Shown: positions 12,920 to 25,875 of the stretch, one piece after another
Layout of the letters: the number at the start of each line of letters is the position of its first letter
How positions within the stretch are numbered: position 1 is the first letter of the stretch
Assembly (NCBI GenBank): GCA_043228905.1
Contig: JBHGNT010000006.1
Coordinates: 15,438,001-15,502,000 of the forward strand
Direction of reading: 5' to 3'
DNA from: Azolla caroliniana
Taxonomy: Eukaryota; Plantae; Polypodiophyta
Length of the DNA: 64,000 nt
Made by a program: the position numbers and the translations under genes
The notes under the pieces: generated by a model
Database searches by the model: none
What the model was told of the DNA's origin: nothing
The model's input: the letters and a program-made list of their open reading frames with translations, nothing else

Positions 12920-15900
12920 AGAGGCGATAGGAAGGATCAAGCCGAGATTAATACTTGGAGATGACTTCCTCAAGCAATCAAGCGGGAGAGCTCGAAAGGA
13001 TGATGCTAATCGTCGAGCAAATGAGAGATCTCGGGACAACGACGCGAGCGTGGAGAAGGCTGTCGATCGTGTCGTAGAGCTCGAGGGCCAATTCGATGGA
13101 AGGAACGTTACGAAGTTCCTTGATGCATATAGTGACAGGGATACACGCTCGGCCACAACCGAGTCTAAAATCAAACACAGAAAACGGATAATGAACGCAC
13201 GACACAGTGAAGAGAAGAGTACACAGGATGTTAACGTGAAAAACCCAAACTAGGGAAAAACCACGGCAGCCCACAAACTGCAAACTATCACAATATCAGA
13301 ATGTACAATAGTAGAGCACCAAGGCCACGACCTCGAGCTTGCTATCTTCGCCACATGCGGCGGTTACAATAGAGGCAACGACCTCTTCCTCTCTCTCTCT
13401 CTCTCTGTACACTGTTACGCGCTCTAATCTTGCACCAACAAGAATAACAACTACAATCACACACAGTTCTCAGTTTGCCCTAAGTTATATTTATGCTAAT
13501 ATGACTTTTTGGCTATTTACAAATATAGCCCCAATGGACTCTCAGAAACATATTTACGAATATGTCCCTTCATCCGGTGAGCACTCCTCATTGGGCCTGC
13601 ATCATCCGGCTCTTGCCGGGCACTCGTCATCCGGTTCTCACCGGTTCTTCCAAAGCCGGGTATTCGTCATCCAGATTTGGCCTCGGCCGAGTTTGCTCAT
13701 CGACACTGTTCTTCTCACTTCCCATCCGGAGGGACCTGTTTCCTAACATATAGAAGGGAGATGAATCAGAGGGACGTGTCCGAAGCACGTCAAATCGCAA
13801 GCTTCAAGAGAGTTGTCGCCAACAACGTTCAAAGATGCATCATCGAACTTCAAGAAGGTAAGACAACATGGTCCGAGTTCGAGAAAACGATCCTAGCGGA
13901 GTTCGCAATTGAAGACTCAACGAGGATGACTCGACATGCCCTGATGAAGTGGATAGAGAAGAAGAATAAGAAGATGAGCGCCTCGAGGGTGTACGACGAA
14001 TTCGACTAGATGTTTAGTCGTCTCCCCAACATGGACCAAGTGTTGCTTGAAGAGGACAAGACTTTGTACTTCTTGAAGGCCGTGGACATGAAGGATAGAC
14101 GGGAGTTGGGGACTCTTCTCGAAGATGATACCCAAGCGAACGGTCTTGTGGCGGACTGGGTTGCGATAAAGCGAGCATGCAATAGGCTCAACAAGCGTCG
14201 TTAGTGGGTGGGTTGATGACACCGACTTGGTGGGATTGACTATTGCGGAGAAAACAAGACAACCGAAAGTAGCTGAGCCGCCCAAACAAAGCAGTCCAAA
14301 AGAAAAGAAGATTGATGACGACATCATTGAAGAGCTAGCGAAGAAGTTCGAGAAGTTCACGCTAGCCAACATGAATCGTCGGGGCCCCAAAGGAAAAGAA
14401 CCCTTTAGATGCGTGTGGTGCGATAGCATGGACCACATGAGAAGGGATTGCGCGAGCCTTCGAGAGGCGATTGGACAAAATATCGTGTACATAGATGACA
14501 ACATGATCTGCTCGAGCGAGACTAGAAGACCCCTACGGGTGAATTTCGGAAGAGGAGGAATGAAGAAAGCTATGGAGGATGCCAATGCGACTCATGTGGA
14601 TGCGATGCACTATGCTGCATCAGCCGGAATAAGAGTCGGGAAAGACAGAAATGAAGCTGCGAAAGTGGGAGGCAAGTTTTGGTCTTCCGTTCTCGAGTAT
14701 GAGAAGATGGGGAAGGTCACATGGAATGAGGTAGAGCTTGCGGACCGAAGCATGCAAAGCATAACCGGGTAGTCGGATCCGATGGACGACAACACCATAC
14801 TCGTGGAGGTGATGTGCGACAACCATGAGGTGTTCGTGGAAGAAAAGAGAAAAAGAATAGAAGAGCAAGGACCATAAAAAAGACATGAAACAAGGAACGC
14901 GAAAAAGAAGGACGATGCGGAGACAAGTCGACCTTTACAAATGGAGGAACGAGAATCAAGCCGAAAAGGGGAGCTGAGCATACGAGTTGAAGAAATGGTT
15001 TGGTCCGTGACGGTTGGTGTTGAAGACCCCGCTCGGAGGACAAGGACTATGCCTACCTATAAGCTAAGGTCGAACATAGAGCAGACAACGGACCTAAAGA
15101 AGATTCTCGAAGAATGAGTTCTTGATAGCCACGTGACTTTGTCCTTGAGGGAATTGCTTGGCATTATGAAGGAGTTCCATGACACGATTGTGGAACTTGT
15201 AAAGAGAAAAAGACAACAATCGGACCAGGAAGAAGAGAAGCCTCAAAAAGCAAAAACGAATGCCATAACGATGGCAAGAAACGAAGTCGATGAAGATATG
15301 ATGGATAGCCACTATACTCGACCTCATTGGGCACGAGTGACAATGGAGACGCCGGTGAAGATCGGGGAGAAGAAAGAGACCGTGGTAGCTTTGATCGACC
15401 ACGGCTCGGAGATCAACCTCATGTCAACCGACTTCTACAAAAAAGGAAGATGGCCAATCAATACAAACCACGGATGGAAGATTCGCGCAGCAACAAAGTC
15501 TACTGAGGACTTGTACGGAGCTTGTCCCAATGTCAAAGTCACGATCGGCTATGTGGAGATGGATCAACACTTCTTCGTACAAGAATCGACGTCGCATCCT
15601 GTCATCCTAGGGCAACCTTATATCACATCATCTTGGATGGAGACCAAAGTGTTCGATAATGGAGCAGCCTTTGCACGAATAACGAGTCTTGACAACCAAA
15701 GATCGGTCCAATTCCTAACGGTGTGAGCCAATCATGAAAGGAATCGAGATAGTCTCAGAGGCGAATCCTCGGATTTTTAGAGCGGACTATTGAAGCATGG
15801 GGCACAAATAGTTTGAGCAATCACAAGACCCCACAAGTAAGAAGAGTGCGTGGATTGCGAGGAGAAGCAACATGTGTCACACCTAGTGGCGCATGTAAAC

Positions 15901-18788
15901 TAGTACTACCCGACAAGAAGGACAAGCGTCAGATACAAGAATTCAAGAAGATGCTGAAAGAAGAAAACATAATAGAAGAAGGAGAGTTCGTGATTCATAT
16001 TATGAAAGAAGCCTCATTTAACAACACCATCGGCGAAATTGAGGACGTCGAGGACTTGACTTATCTTCACAACCAACGTGTGATTTCGGTTAACTCCGTC
16101 AACATGTCTGCTATCATCGATGAATACCGTCGTGGCATCTCGATGAAGGAAGCTGACATCAACACAAAATATAAAATGGTGGATAAGAAGATCAAGCTAG
16201 TTGCGGTTCCACTACAGGAAGATAGCTGGCAAAAGATGAAGGAAGTCGCTAACGATCCAAGCTTAAGAGATCCGAAGACGATAGGTCATGTCTTCACCGA
16301 AGAGACGAAAGGGAAACTACGAGTTGGAAAGGAGGATTTCCTTCTCCCTGAAGAGGAGCGAATGTTTCACGATATGCTTGAGAGACATGGGAAGGCTTTC
16401 GCATTCTTCCCACAAGAAATCGGATGTGCCAACCCAAAGGTTATAGAGCCGATGGTGATCTTCACGGTGCCTCATGTGCATTGGAATTTGAAACTAATAC
16501 CGGTTTTGAGAGCACACCTTCCGAAGCTGATCGAGCTCTTAAAGGAGAAGGTGAGTATGGGAATTCTAGAACCATCGAATGCTCCTTATTCCAATAGGTG
16601 GTTCACGGTGCCGAAGAAGAATGGATCATTGCAATTCATCCAAGATCTTCAACCCATCAACAAGGTGACAATTCGAAATGCCGGAATCGGTCCGAGCGTG
16701 GACAAATTTGCCGAAGCGTTTGCAGGCCGGTCCATCTACTCCATTGGCGATCTCTACTCCGGATATGAACAATTCCAATTGGCGATCGACAGTCGGGACA
16801 TTACAACCATGAGGACTCCGATTGGGCTTGTGCAGATGTGTACCTTACCCCAAGGCGCAATGAACTCGGTGGCTCATATGGTGAATGCCATGAATAAAGT
16901 CTTGAAGGATTGCATCCCGGACATCACGATGCCATTCTTGGATGATATTCCGATAAAAGGATGTTCGGATGAGGAGAAAGATGAATCGAAAGATAAGGAA
17001 GGTTGTAGAAAGTTCGTTGTGGATCATATGAAAGATTGCGAGAAGGTGCTTCAAAGGTTCGAAGATGCGAATTTGACATTTTCGGGAGAAAATTCCGCAT
17101 TCGGGCAACCAAAGATCTTGGTGGTAGGTCACTTGTGTGGAGCATACGGCTGGAAGCCCTCTCCATCCAAAGTGAACGCAATCCAAGACATGAAAGAAGA
17201 ATGCGAAAACCAAACGGAGGTTAGAAGGTTCCTTGGAGCATGCACATTGCAGGGAAGAAAAACGCCATGGCTGACATGTTGTTGAGGGCAAGATTTGAAA
17301 ATGGAAGCGACATGGTTTCGGAAGATGAAGATGTCGTCCTCAACTTCTTCAAGATGGCTCGATTGTCGGCGGAAGACCAGGACACGCAAACCCTCCACGC
17401 CTTCAACGAGAACGAGTACGAAGGAGAGTGGTTACTGATCGGTAGATTCCTAAGAACATTGATGGCAGATGCTTCGTTGACAAAGGAGGAGGATTCCTTT
17501 GGCGACATCCAAAAAGAAGGACAGGAATACCACGTTGAGTGGTGGTGAAGAAAGAAGAGCAAGAGACGCTGATGATCGAATTCCACGAGAGTGCTTAGGC
17601 AGGTCATAGAGGAACATGGGTGATGTTTAAAAAGTTGAAGGAGAAGTACTGGTGGCCAAGCATGTACAAAGATGTACTCCATTTCGTGTCCACATGCAAA
17701 ACTTGCAAAATATATTCAAATATACATCATCGTGATGAGTTACAATTGACATACCCACTCACCATACACTTCAAATGGATGGTGGATCTGGTCTCGATGC
17801 TAATGGGAGTGGGACAAATGAAGTACTGAGTGCTGGCAAGGGAAGACTTGACAAATCAAGTGGAAGGACGAGCCTTGACAAATAAGACGACTTCAGTTGT
17901 TTGCAAATTTTTGCTTGAAGAGGTTGTTTGCCGATACGGATGTGTGGGGAAGATAGTGGCCGACTGAGGGGAGTTTGATGCGCATGAAGCGACGGAGCTC
18001 TTCGAATGACTAGGTGTGAAGCTCTCCCTCACGACTGCCTACAATCTGAAAGTGAATGGGAAGATCGAGCGAGGGCATGGACCTATCGTTAAAGCCATCG
18101 TATGGGCATGCAACGGTCGAGTCGGGAATTGGCCACGACTATTACCCTATGCCTTGTGGGCCTCACGATTGCCTACAATCTGAAAGCGAATGGGAAGATC
18201 GAGCGAGGGCATGGACTTATCGTTAAAGCCATCGTATGGGCATGCAACGGTCGAGTCGGGAATTGGCCACGACTATTACCCTATGCCTTGTGGGCCGATA
18301 GAACGACACACAGCTCGGTGACAGAGTATATGCCGACGGAGCTTATGTATGGACAAAAGCTGGTTATGCTCATTGAAAGGACCATCGCCTCATGGGTAGC
18401 GATACCGTGGGAGAACGAGATGAGCCGAGAAGAGTTATTAGTGGCACGGATAAGGCAACTTGAAAGAAGACTTGAAGATCTAGAAAAAGCGCAAAAGATG
18501 ATGGAGGCAGCCCGAGTAAAGAACAAAGTTCGGTTCGACAACACGTATCGACTTCGTCCCAAGAAGATTGAAGAAGGAGATTGGGTTTTGGTTTACGACA
18601 ACAACCTTGACAATCAACACAGTACAACAAGAAAGTTCGCAAGAAGATGGTTCGGGCCGTATGTGGTGACAAGTGCCAACGATAATGCCACATACCACCT
18701 TGCGGAGCTAGACGGATCAAGGTTGGCCCGTACCCATTGCGGGAAAAAGAGTAAAGATTTTCAAGAAAAGACAAGACGAGAATCCTAA
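12915..18788 (+). pseudogene. A1 gag-pol (Gag, protease, RT, integrase; RNase H deleted)
   Basis: GQFDGRNVTKFL; CVWCDSMDHMRRDC; LIDHGSEINLM; DLYSGYEQ..LPQGAMNS..PFLDD; FLGAC joins directly to HIAGKKNAMADML; NGKIERGH..WFGPY; many stops and frameshifts; ~139-bp duplication near 18024-18300. Confidence 0.9.
13133..13748 (-). mobile_element. Copia solo LTR related to the LTRs of element H, inserted in A1 gag
   Basis: TG...CA, TSD TATAG on both sides; reverse complement starts TGTTAGGAAACAGGTCCCTCCGGATGGGA, like the H LTR. Confidence 0.88.
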
Positions 18789-18927
18789 CCTCGATCACCT
18801 TGACGATGAACATAATAGGGCGGATGTAAATGAAGACATGGAGGAATCTGATTGATCACCATAGCCGAAATCTCACTTTCTCTCTTCTTGGCACGTACCG
18901 GAGGACGTGCGGTTTGGTGGGGGTGGA

Positions 18928-19899
18928 TGTCATGAAGATTTTCGACAATGGTGTGAAAATCACATAAAACGTACAAAATCGAGTATGAATCACATAAAAA
19001 AATAATAGTGAAGTATCTAACTACAAAATGATAGAGGTCTTCAAGAGCTTTCGAATGCACTTTATTAAACGAGAAACAGACAACTAGATGTCAAGATATG
19101 AGGGTATAAAGTTTGTGAAACGAAAAGAGAAAATTGTGAGATATCCCCCATAGGCACGACAAATACGGCTCTCATAATATATAAGGTAGAGCAAAAAATA
19201 TTATCTTTGTGTCTATGTGTGGAGCATAGAGAGTTCAAGGTAACTTGAACTAAGAGTGGACTCGGTGACCTAGCTACTTGTAATGGTTTTGACCAACCAA
19301 AACCAGACCGACGATGGAGCCGGTGATCCGGCGGCAGCCGTCAAAGCGACGGTGGCACACCGGCAACCGGTGATCCAGCGGAACCATCATCCGACGGAAC
19401 CGACATTCGGTAGTGCACCGGCGCCAGTGGTGACCGGCAAACCGGCGTCATCCGGCATCTGGCGAACAAATTAATAAATAAATATCACATATATATACAC
19501 AAGGAGGGCAAGTGAGGATTTGAACCTTGCACCTCCTAGTTAAGGGTCAATAGGCTTACCACTAAGCCATGACATTTAGTTGAATTTATATTTCTATCGT
19601 TATACTTTTACATGGAAATTCTTATACATGAGAGCTAAAATGAGTGACATGGTTGTCATGCACCACATGTAATACATGAGCGCCAAATGGCAAACATGCA
19701 TTTTATGCATGTCTTGTACCCTCACATGTATCATATGCATGAGAGCATCTATAAAAGAAGGGATGAAAAAGAAGAAGGGTTAGGTTTTATTTGGTTATGA
19801 AATTAAGAAGAAGAGAATTCGTTATCGAATTAATCGTGTAACTTGTTTCTTAAAATCTAAAATCAAGAGTTCAATCTTAATCTCTCTCAAGCTCTCTCT
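18928..19899 (+). repeat. 3' LTR of A1, left part (resumes at 32114-32237)
   Basis: Starts TGTCATGAAGATTTTCGAC after the PPT; matches the 5' LTR. Confidence 0.9.
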
Positions 19900-20249
19900 G
19901 GGTGAAAGCATGCGAGTGGAAACAATTAGCTATGTCCTTGACATAGCTAATTAGCTATGCAAAAAGCTACCATTGATAAATAGTCATTTTAGTAAAAAGC
20001 CATCATTAATAAATTAAGTATGCAAAAAACTACCATTGAAAATACTAGAGTGTTTTAATTACATATGTAAATGAGTGCCATAAATGTGCAACATAAATTG
20101 ATGTGTGCACCATAAATGTGTACCATAAATTATATATCGAATTCCTAGGTCCATTATGCATGATCCTTTGCCACATCACGTAGGCCATCTCTAGTTGAGT
20201 ACTGTGGGTTAGTTGCTACCACTGTTGCTAAACCCTATCGAGTCCACCT

Positions 20250-21100
20250 GCCGCCACTCTACACTGAGGGGCTGCTACTGTGCGTTCCAAGCATCATCAA
20301 AGAGCTGCTCAATCTGACGGGGTTCTCTTCTCTGTGACACTCTACACTCAGGGGCCACTACTGTGCATTCCAAGCATCATCAAAGAGCTGTTCAATCTGA
20401 CGGGGTTCTCTTCTCTTTGCCACTCTACACTCAGGGGCCATTACTGTGCGTTCCAAGCATCATCAAAGAGCTGTTCAATCTGAGGGGGTTCTCTTCTCTG
20501 TGCCACTCTACACTCAGGGGCCATTACTGTGCGTTCCAAGCATCATCAAAGAGCTGTTCAATCTGAGGGGGTTCTCTTCTCTGTGCCACTCTACACTCAG
20601 GGGCCGCTGCTGTGCGTTCCAAGCATCATCAAAGAGTTGTTCAATCTGACGGGGTTCTCTTCTCTTTGCCACTCTACACTCAGGGGTTGCTACTGTGCGT
20701 TCCAAGCATAATCAAAGAGCTATTCAATCTGACGGGGTTCTCTTCTCTTTTCCACTCTCACTCAGGGGCCGCTACTGTGCATTTCAAGCATCATTGGTAA
20801 CTGTTCAATCTGACGGGGTTCTCTTCTCTTTTCCACTCTCACTCAGGGGCCGCTACTGTGCGTTTCAAGCATCATTGGTAACTGTTCAATCTGACGGGGT
20901 TCTCTTCTCTATGCCACTCTATTCTCAAGTGCCTTCTATGTGCGTTTCAAGCATCATCGGTAACTGTTCAATCTGACGGGGTTCTCTCCTCCATTGCCAT
21001 CATTCTATACTCAGTTGCCACTACTGTCCAGTCCCGGATTGCTTCCACATTTCGATTTGACGGAGTTCACTCATCCAACGGCAACATTCTACACTCAGTT
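20250..21100. repeat. 83-bp tandem repeat upstream of the transposase (about 10 units, degenerating rightwards)
   Basis: Unit GCCACTCTACACTCAGGGGCC...CAAGCATCATCAAAGAGCTGTTCAATCTGACGGGGTTCTCTTCTCT; spurious ORFs recur every 83 bp. Confidence 0.92.
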
Positions 21101-21323
21101 GTTGCCATTGGTCGGTCTTGGATCGCCTCCTCAACTGTTGGATCCAACAGAGTGAAATCCTCTACTGTTCGGTCTTGGATTGCAATAACTTTTCTGTCTA
21201 TTGATTATCTTGTGTATTGTTGTGTCTAATCTTGTGTATTGTGTGGAATATTTTTGTGTATTGTTGTTGCCCATAGCCATCTTTAATACTTGTTTTTTTT
21301 TTCTGGAAATTTAGGGTTTTAAC

Positions 21324-24300
21324 ATGTCTAGCCAAATGGAAGGGGAAGAAGGGTGTTTAGAATTACCCCTCAATGATCATAAGGATAGGGATGATGTTAT
21401 CAGGACACAACAAGCCATACGAAACTATTGGGCAGAAAAAAAAAGGAAACATCGTCAATTGTTGAAGGATACGAAAGCCACACTCAGTAAAGGTAAGGAT
21501 AGTTTAGCTGAGAATGTAAGTAATGCGACTACCATCATAGAGAGAAAGGTTGTAGACTATTTCAATGTTCAAACCAAGCACATCAGCAATGAAGAAAAGA
21601 AGGTAGTACTTTATGGAATATGTAATGATCCATCGATAAAGGACTTAGTTGATTGTGATGGTCTTAATGCAAACATATCATCTATTTTAGTAAATAATCT
21701 TCGTAATAGTTTCGTATCCATGAGCAGGTCAGAAGATGATCTTGTCTTAAAAAGGTCTAGTCTAATGATGTTACTTAATAGTGATGTTGACGATATAAAC
21801 ATCAGTGAGCTATCTAAGGTAATTGGTGTTAGTAGAAAAACAGTGTACAATACAATGAACCGTATAATTTCCTCGGGTGAAGGAACTAGTCTACTAAAGC
21901 TAACTACAAGATGTAAGCCAATGACACCCATAACATTTGAAATCAAGGATGTAATCACAATGTTTTGGACTAATGAGAGTAGGGTTTCACCCAATAAAAA
22001 GGATTTATGCAGGAAACGTGTTGGAAGAAATCAATACGAGGAGCATCCCATTCATCTTCTTGATGTACCTCAGGTATTTACATTTATCTCAACATGGTAA
22101 TTAGCTGTACTGCTAGCTAGTTAGCTATCATGGTAGCTAGTTAGCTATTTCGTTATTACCAGCTAATTAGCTACTAGGAAAGCTAATTAGCTACCATGAT
22201 AGCTAATTAGCTACTATGATAGCTACTACATAGGTAACTGGCTACTCTCAATAGCTACTACCATGATAGCTAATTAGTTAGGATAGCTAATTAGCCACCA
22301 TTATAGCTAATTAGCTACTAGACCAGCTAATTAGCTACCATGATAGCTAATTAGTTACTAGGACAGCTAATTAGCCACCGTGATAGCTAATTAGCTACCA
22401 TGATAGCTAATTAGCTACTATACCAGCTAATTAGCTACCATGATAGCTAATTAGCTACTATACCAGCTAATTAGCTACCATGATAGCTATTTAGTTACTA
22501 GGAAAGCTAATCAGCCACCATTATAGCTAATTAGCTACTAGACCAGCTAATTAGCTACCACGATAGCTAATTAGCTACTAGACCAGCTAATTAGCTACCA
22601 TGATAGCTAATTAGTTACTAGGAAAGCTAATTAGCCACCATGATAGCTAATTAGCTAGTAGACAAGCTAATTAGCCACCATGATAGCTAATTAGCTACTA
22701 GGACAACTAATTAGCTACTAGGACAGCTAATTAGCTACCATGATAGCTAATTAGCTACTACGACAGCTAATTAGCTACCATGATAGCTAATTAGCTACTA
22801 GAATAGCTAATTAGCTACCATAATAGCTAATTAGCTACTAGAATAGCTAATTAGCTACTAGAATAGCTAATTAGCTACCATGATAGCTAATTAGCTACTA
22901 CGACAGCTAATTAGCTACCATGATAGCTAATTAGCTACTACGACAGCTAATTAGCTACCATGATAGCTAATTAGCTACTAGAATAGCTAATTAGCTACTA
23001 GAATAGCTAATTAGCTACCATGATAGCTAATTAGCTACTACGACAGCTAATTAGCTACCATGATAGCTAATTAGCTACTAGGACAACCAATTAGCTACTA
23101 GGACAGCTAATTAGCTACCATGATAGCTAATTAGCTACTACGACAGCTAATTAGCTACCATGATAGCTAATTGGCTACTAGAATAGCTAATTAGCTACCA
23201 TGATAGCTAATTAGCTACTACGACAGCTAATTAACTACCATGATAGCTAATTAGCTACTAGGACAACTAATTAGCTACCATGATAGCTAATTAGCTACTA
23301 GAATAGCTAACTAGCTACTAGAATAGCTAACTAGCTACTAGAATAGCTAATTAGCTACTAGGATAGTTAGCTAGTTACGAGAATAACTAATTCCCCTTTA
23401 TTACGCAGGTCGATTTATTTATTAGGTTCAAACGAATGCATCCAACTATCAAAGTTCAACTACGAACATTCGAGTCTCTTAAGCCACACTTTGTGAGACG
23501 CTTAAAGGATCGATACACATGTTGTTGCATTTACCATGTACAGATGGGTTTTCTGAAGGACTCTGTTAATCTACTACGTCACCATAGCGCATCCCTAACT
23601 AATACAGTTTGCACATGTGGGTGCCAAATCTGTCGATCAAGCCCGCAAGAGGAGTGTAAATCATCTGAGCACGTTATCTCTTCCATGAGTTATTTATTAG
23701 ATTCAATATTGTGTCCGAGAGAATCTGACGCTATCTTCCATATTCATAAATGTGTCATGGGTTTATGTCAAGATTGTGGCCCTACTAGATTTAGGTGGTG
23801 TCCAAATGAATTGAGTAGTGAAATATTGATCTCTGTGAAGTTATTTGAGTCAGTGAACACCAATTTCGAAGGAAAGGTGTGTAAAAGAAAGGATCTAGTT
23901 CGGAAGATGCTTAAACCAAGGGATTTGGTGTCTCTGTTTGTAGTATCTCTAGGAAAGTTCATTAAACACAACTTCATTTATTCATGGCAGGCCCATCAGT
24001 TTAAGACTTGCATATCTGATTTCCCAAATGATGTAGTAGTCTCAGTAGTAGATTTCGCAGAGAATTATACTTTCAAGCAGCAGAATGAAATTTCAATCTA
24101 TGCATTGGTGTTCAGTTCAGGTAACCATTTTTGTGCACATAACATATTTTCGAGTTTCAGGTGATGTTAAAAAAGTAATTCATTTCTTTATTTCCGATGA
24201 TAAGAAGCATGATACCTTGTTCGTCCAACACTGTTTTAAGTTACATTGGCAGTGGTTATTAGCTCAACGTTTGGAGCTTACTCAACATTGGGTCTGGTCT

Positions 24301-25251
24301 GACGGAGCTGCGTCACAATTCAAGGCTCGACGTCCATTTTATTTTGTGGGGAGGTATCCTGCTATAACAGGTTTGGAGATGAGATGGAATTTTTTTGGGT
24401 CTGGCCATGGTAAAGGTGAACATGATGGTGCAGGGGCTGTTATAAAGCGGGCACTTACCCATGAACAACTAAAGACAGATGGTGTGCACATGAATTGTGC
24501 ATCACATGTAGTTGAATTTTTAAGAACAAATATGTCGACGAGTGCCACAGGTGTTTATTCCTCGCAAGTTCGAGATATCAAACGTGAATTTTGGGAAGTG
24601 AAGATAGATGAAGTAAATAGGGAGAAGACCTGGGAGTGCCAAGGAATTCCCGAATTGCGATCTCTGCATGCTGTTCGCGGTTATTCCAGGTTGGATGGTC
24701 ATTGTATTGCGGTTAGAGAATTGACTTGTTTTTGCTTCCATTGTGTGCAGGGAAATTGGAGATATTGTCTAAACAAAGCATACATTCAGAATTGGGAGTA
24801 TCACACTCTGAATGATAAGGAAGCAGTTGATGGAGAAACAGGGCAGAATGCTGACTTCACATATGAGGGACTTGGAGATACTTTGAGTGATGTCTTGAAC
24901 GTTGGGGATAACTTCGCTGTAAATGCTGAAGAAGGCAATTCAGAGGGTGCTGATTTCTATATATTAAAGTGCACGGTTAGTAAACAGTGTGCAAGGCAGA
25001 ATATTGTAGATGCATGGGGAAATTTTGTATCTGCCGGGACATTCTACATCGAAGGCATTTTTTATGCAAAACTAGATGACTACGAATATGTGTACAGGCT
25101 GTTAGAAGACAAACCAGCGGCGTATATGTACTCTCATTTGGTCAGATGCATCAACGTCCCAATGTCAGAATACAATAGCTGCTCCGGTTTATACACTGTT
25201 GGTGCTAATGTGTATGAATGTATTTACAATAGTATGCCATGGAATTTGTAG
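21324..25251 (+). CDS. Sola2-like transposase, 2 exons (21324-22073, 23409-25251), with a single +1 frameshift near 24092
   Basis: CAG|GT and GCAG| splice sites in phase 0; Cys-rich TCCCIYH..CTCGCQIC; VVDFAENY..QNEI(fs)QSMHW; SDDKKHD; WSDGAASQFK; FFGSGHGKGEHDGAGAVIKR. Confidence 0.85.
22095..23395. repeat. ~21-bp minisatellite with palindromic core TAGCTAATTAGCTA filling the transposase intron
   Basis: Roughly 60 copies (estimated from period) of TAGCTAATTAGCTAC+CATGA/TAGAA/TACGAC spacers. Confidence 0.95.
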
Positions 25252-25728
25252 CTACAAGTAGCACTTACCATGTTCTCTTGTAAAACAAACATGTATTTCG
25301 CGAAAACAGATCAATAAATTCGTTTGGAATCAATTTCTTGTATACAGTCTGCTTTCTGTGCTTCTTTCTCAATAAAATCATGTCTTTTTTGTTAAGTTTT
25401 AAGTTATAAGTTATAGCGAAATAGTCATCAGTAGCTAATTAGCTGTACAAATGCAGCTAATTAGCTGTACAAATGTATTTACAATAGTATGCCATGGAAT
25501 TTGTAGCTACAAGTAGCACTTACCATGTTCTCTTGTAAAACAAACATGTATTTCGCGAAAACAGATCAATAAATTCGTTTGGAATCAATTTCTTGTATAC
25601 AGTCTGCTTTCTGTGCTTCTTTCTCAATAAAATCATGTCTTTTTTGTTAAGTTTTAAGTTATAAGTTATAGCGAAATAGTCATCAGTAGCTAATTAGCTG
25701 TACAAATGCAGCTAATTAGCTGTACAAA
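25219..25728. repeat. 255-bp direct duplication of the transposase 3' end and 3' UTR
   Basis: TGTATTTACAATAGTATGCCATGGAATTTGTAG... at 25219 and 25474. Confidence 0.9.
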
Positions 25729-25875
25729 TGCAGCTAATTAGCTGTCAATAGCTAAATAGTCATCAATAGAATGAAATCAACAATCTGCAACATATTCCTC
25801 AAATTACACAGTAGATAAGTACAGTGGGAACAAGTAATTAAATTCTTCATTGAATAATGTCATCTCTTTACATAT

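Noticed and set aside
20250-21100. CRISPR-like array and the repeated short ORFs (MRSKHHQRA...)
   Set aside because: Whole units repeat with no unique spacers, there are no cas genes, and the context is eukaryotic; the ORFs are by-products of the 83-bp period.
21324-25251. Transposase as hAT, CACTA or Mutator
   Set aside because: DFAENY / SDGAASQFK / HGKGEHDG motifs, GGG termini and an apparent 4-bp TSD fit Sola2 instead; TSD length remains uncertain because it lies in a CT microsatellite.
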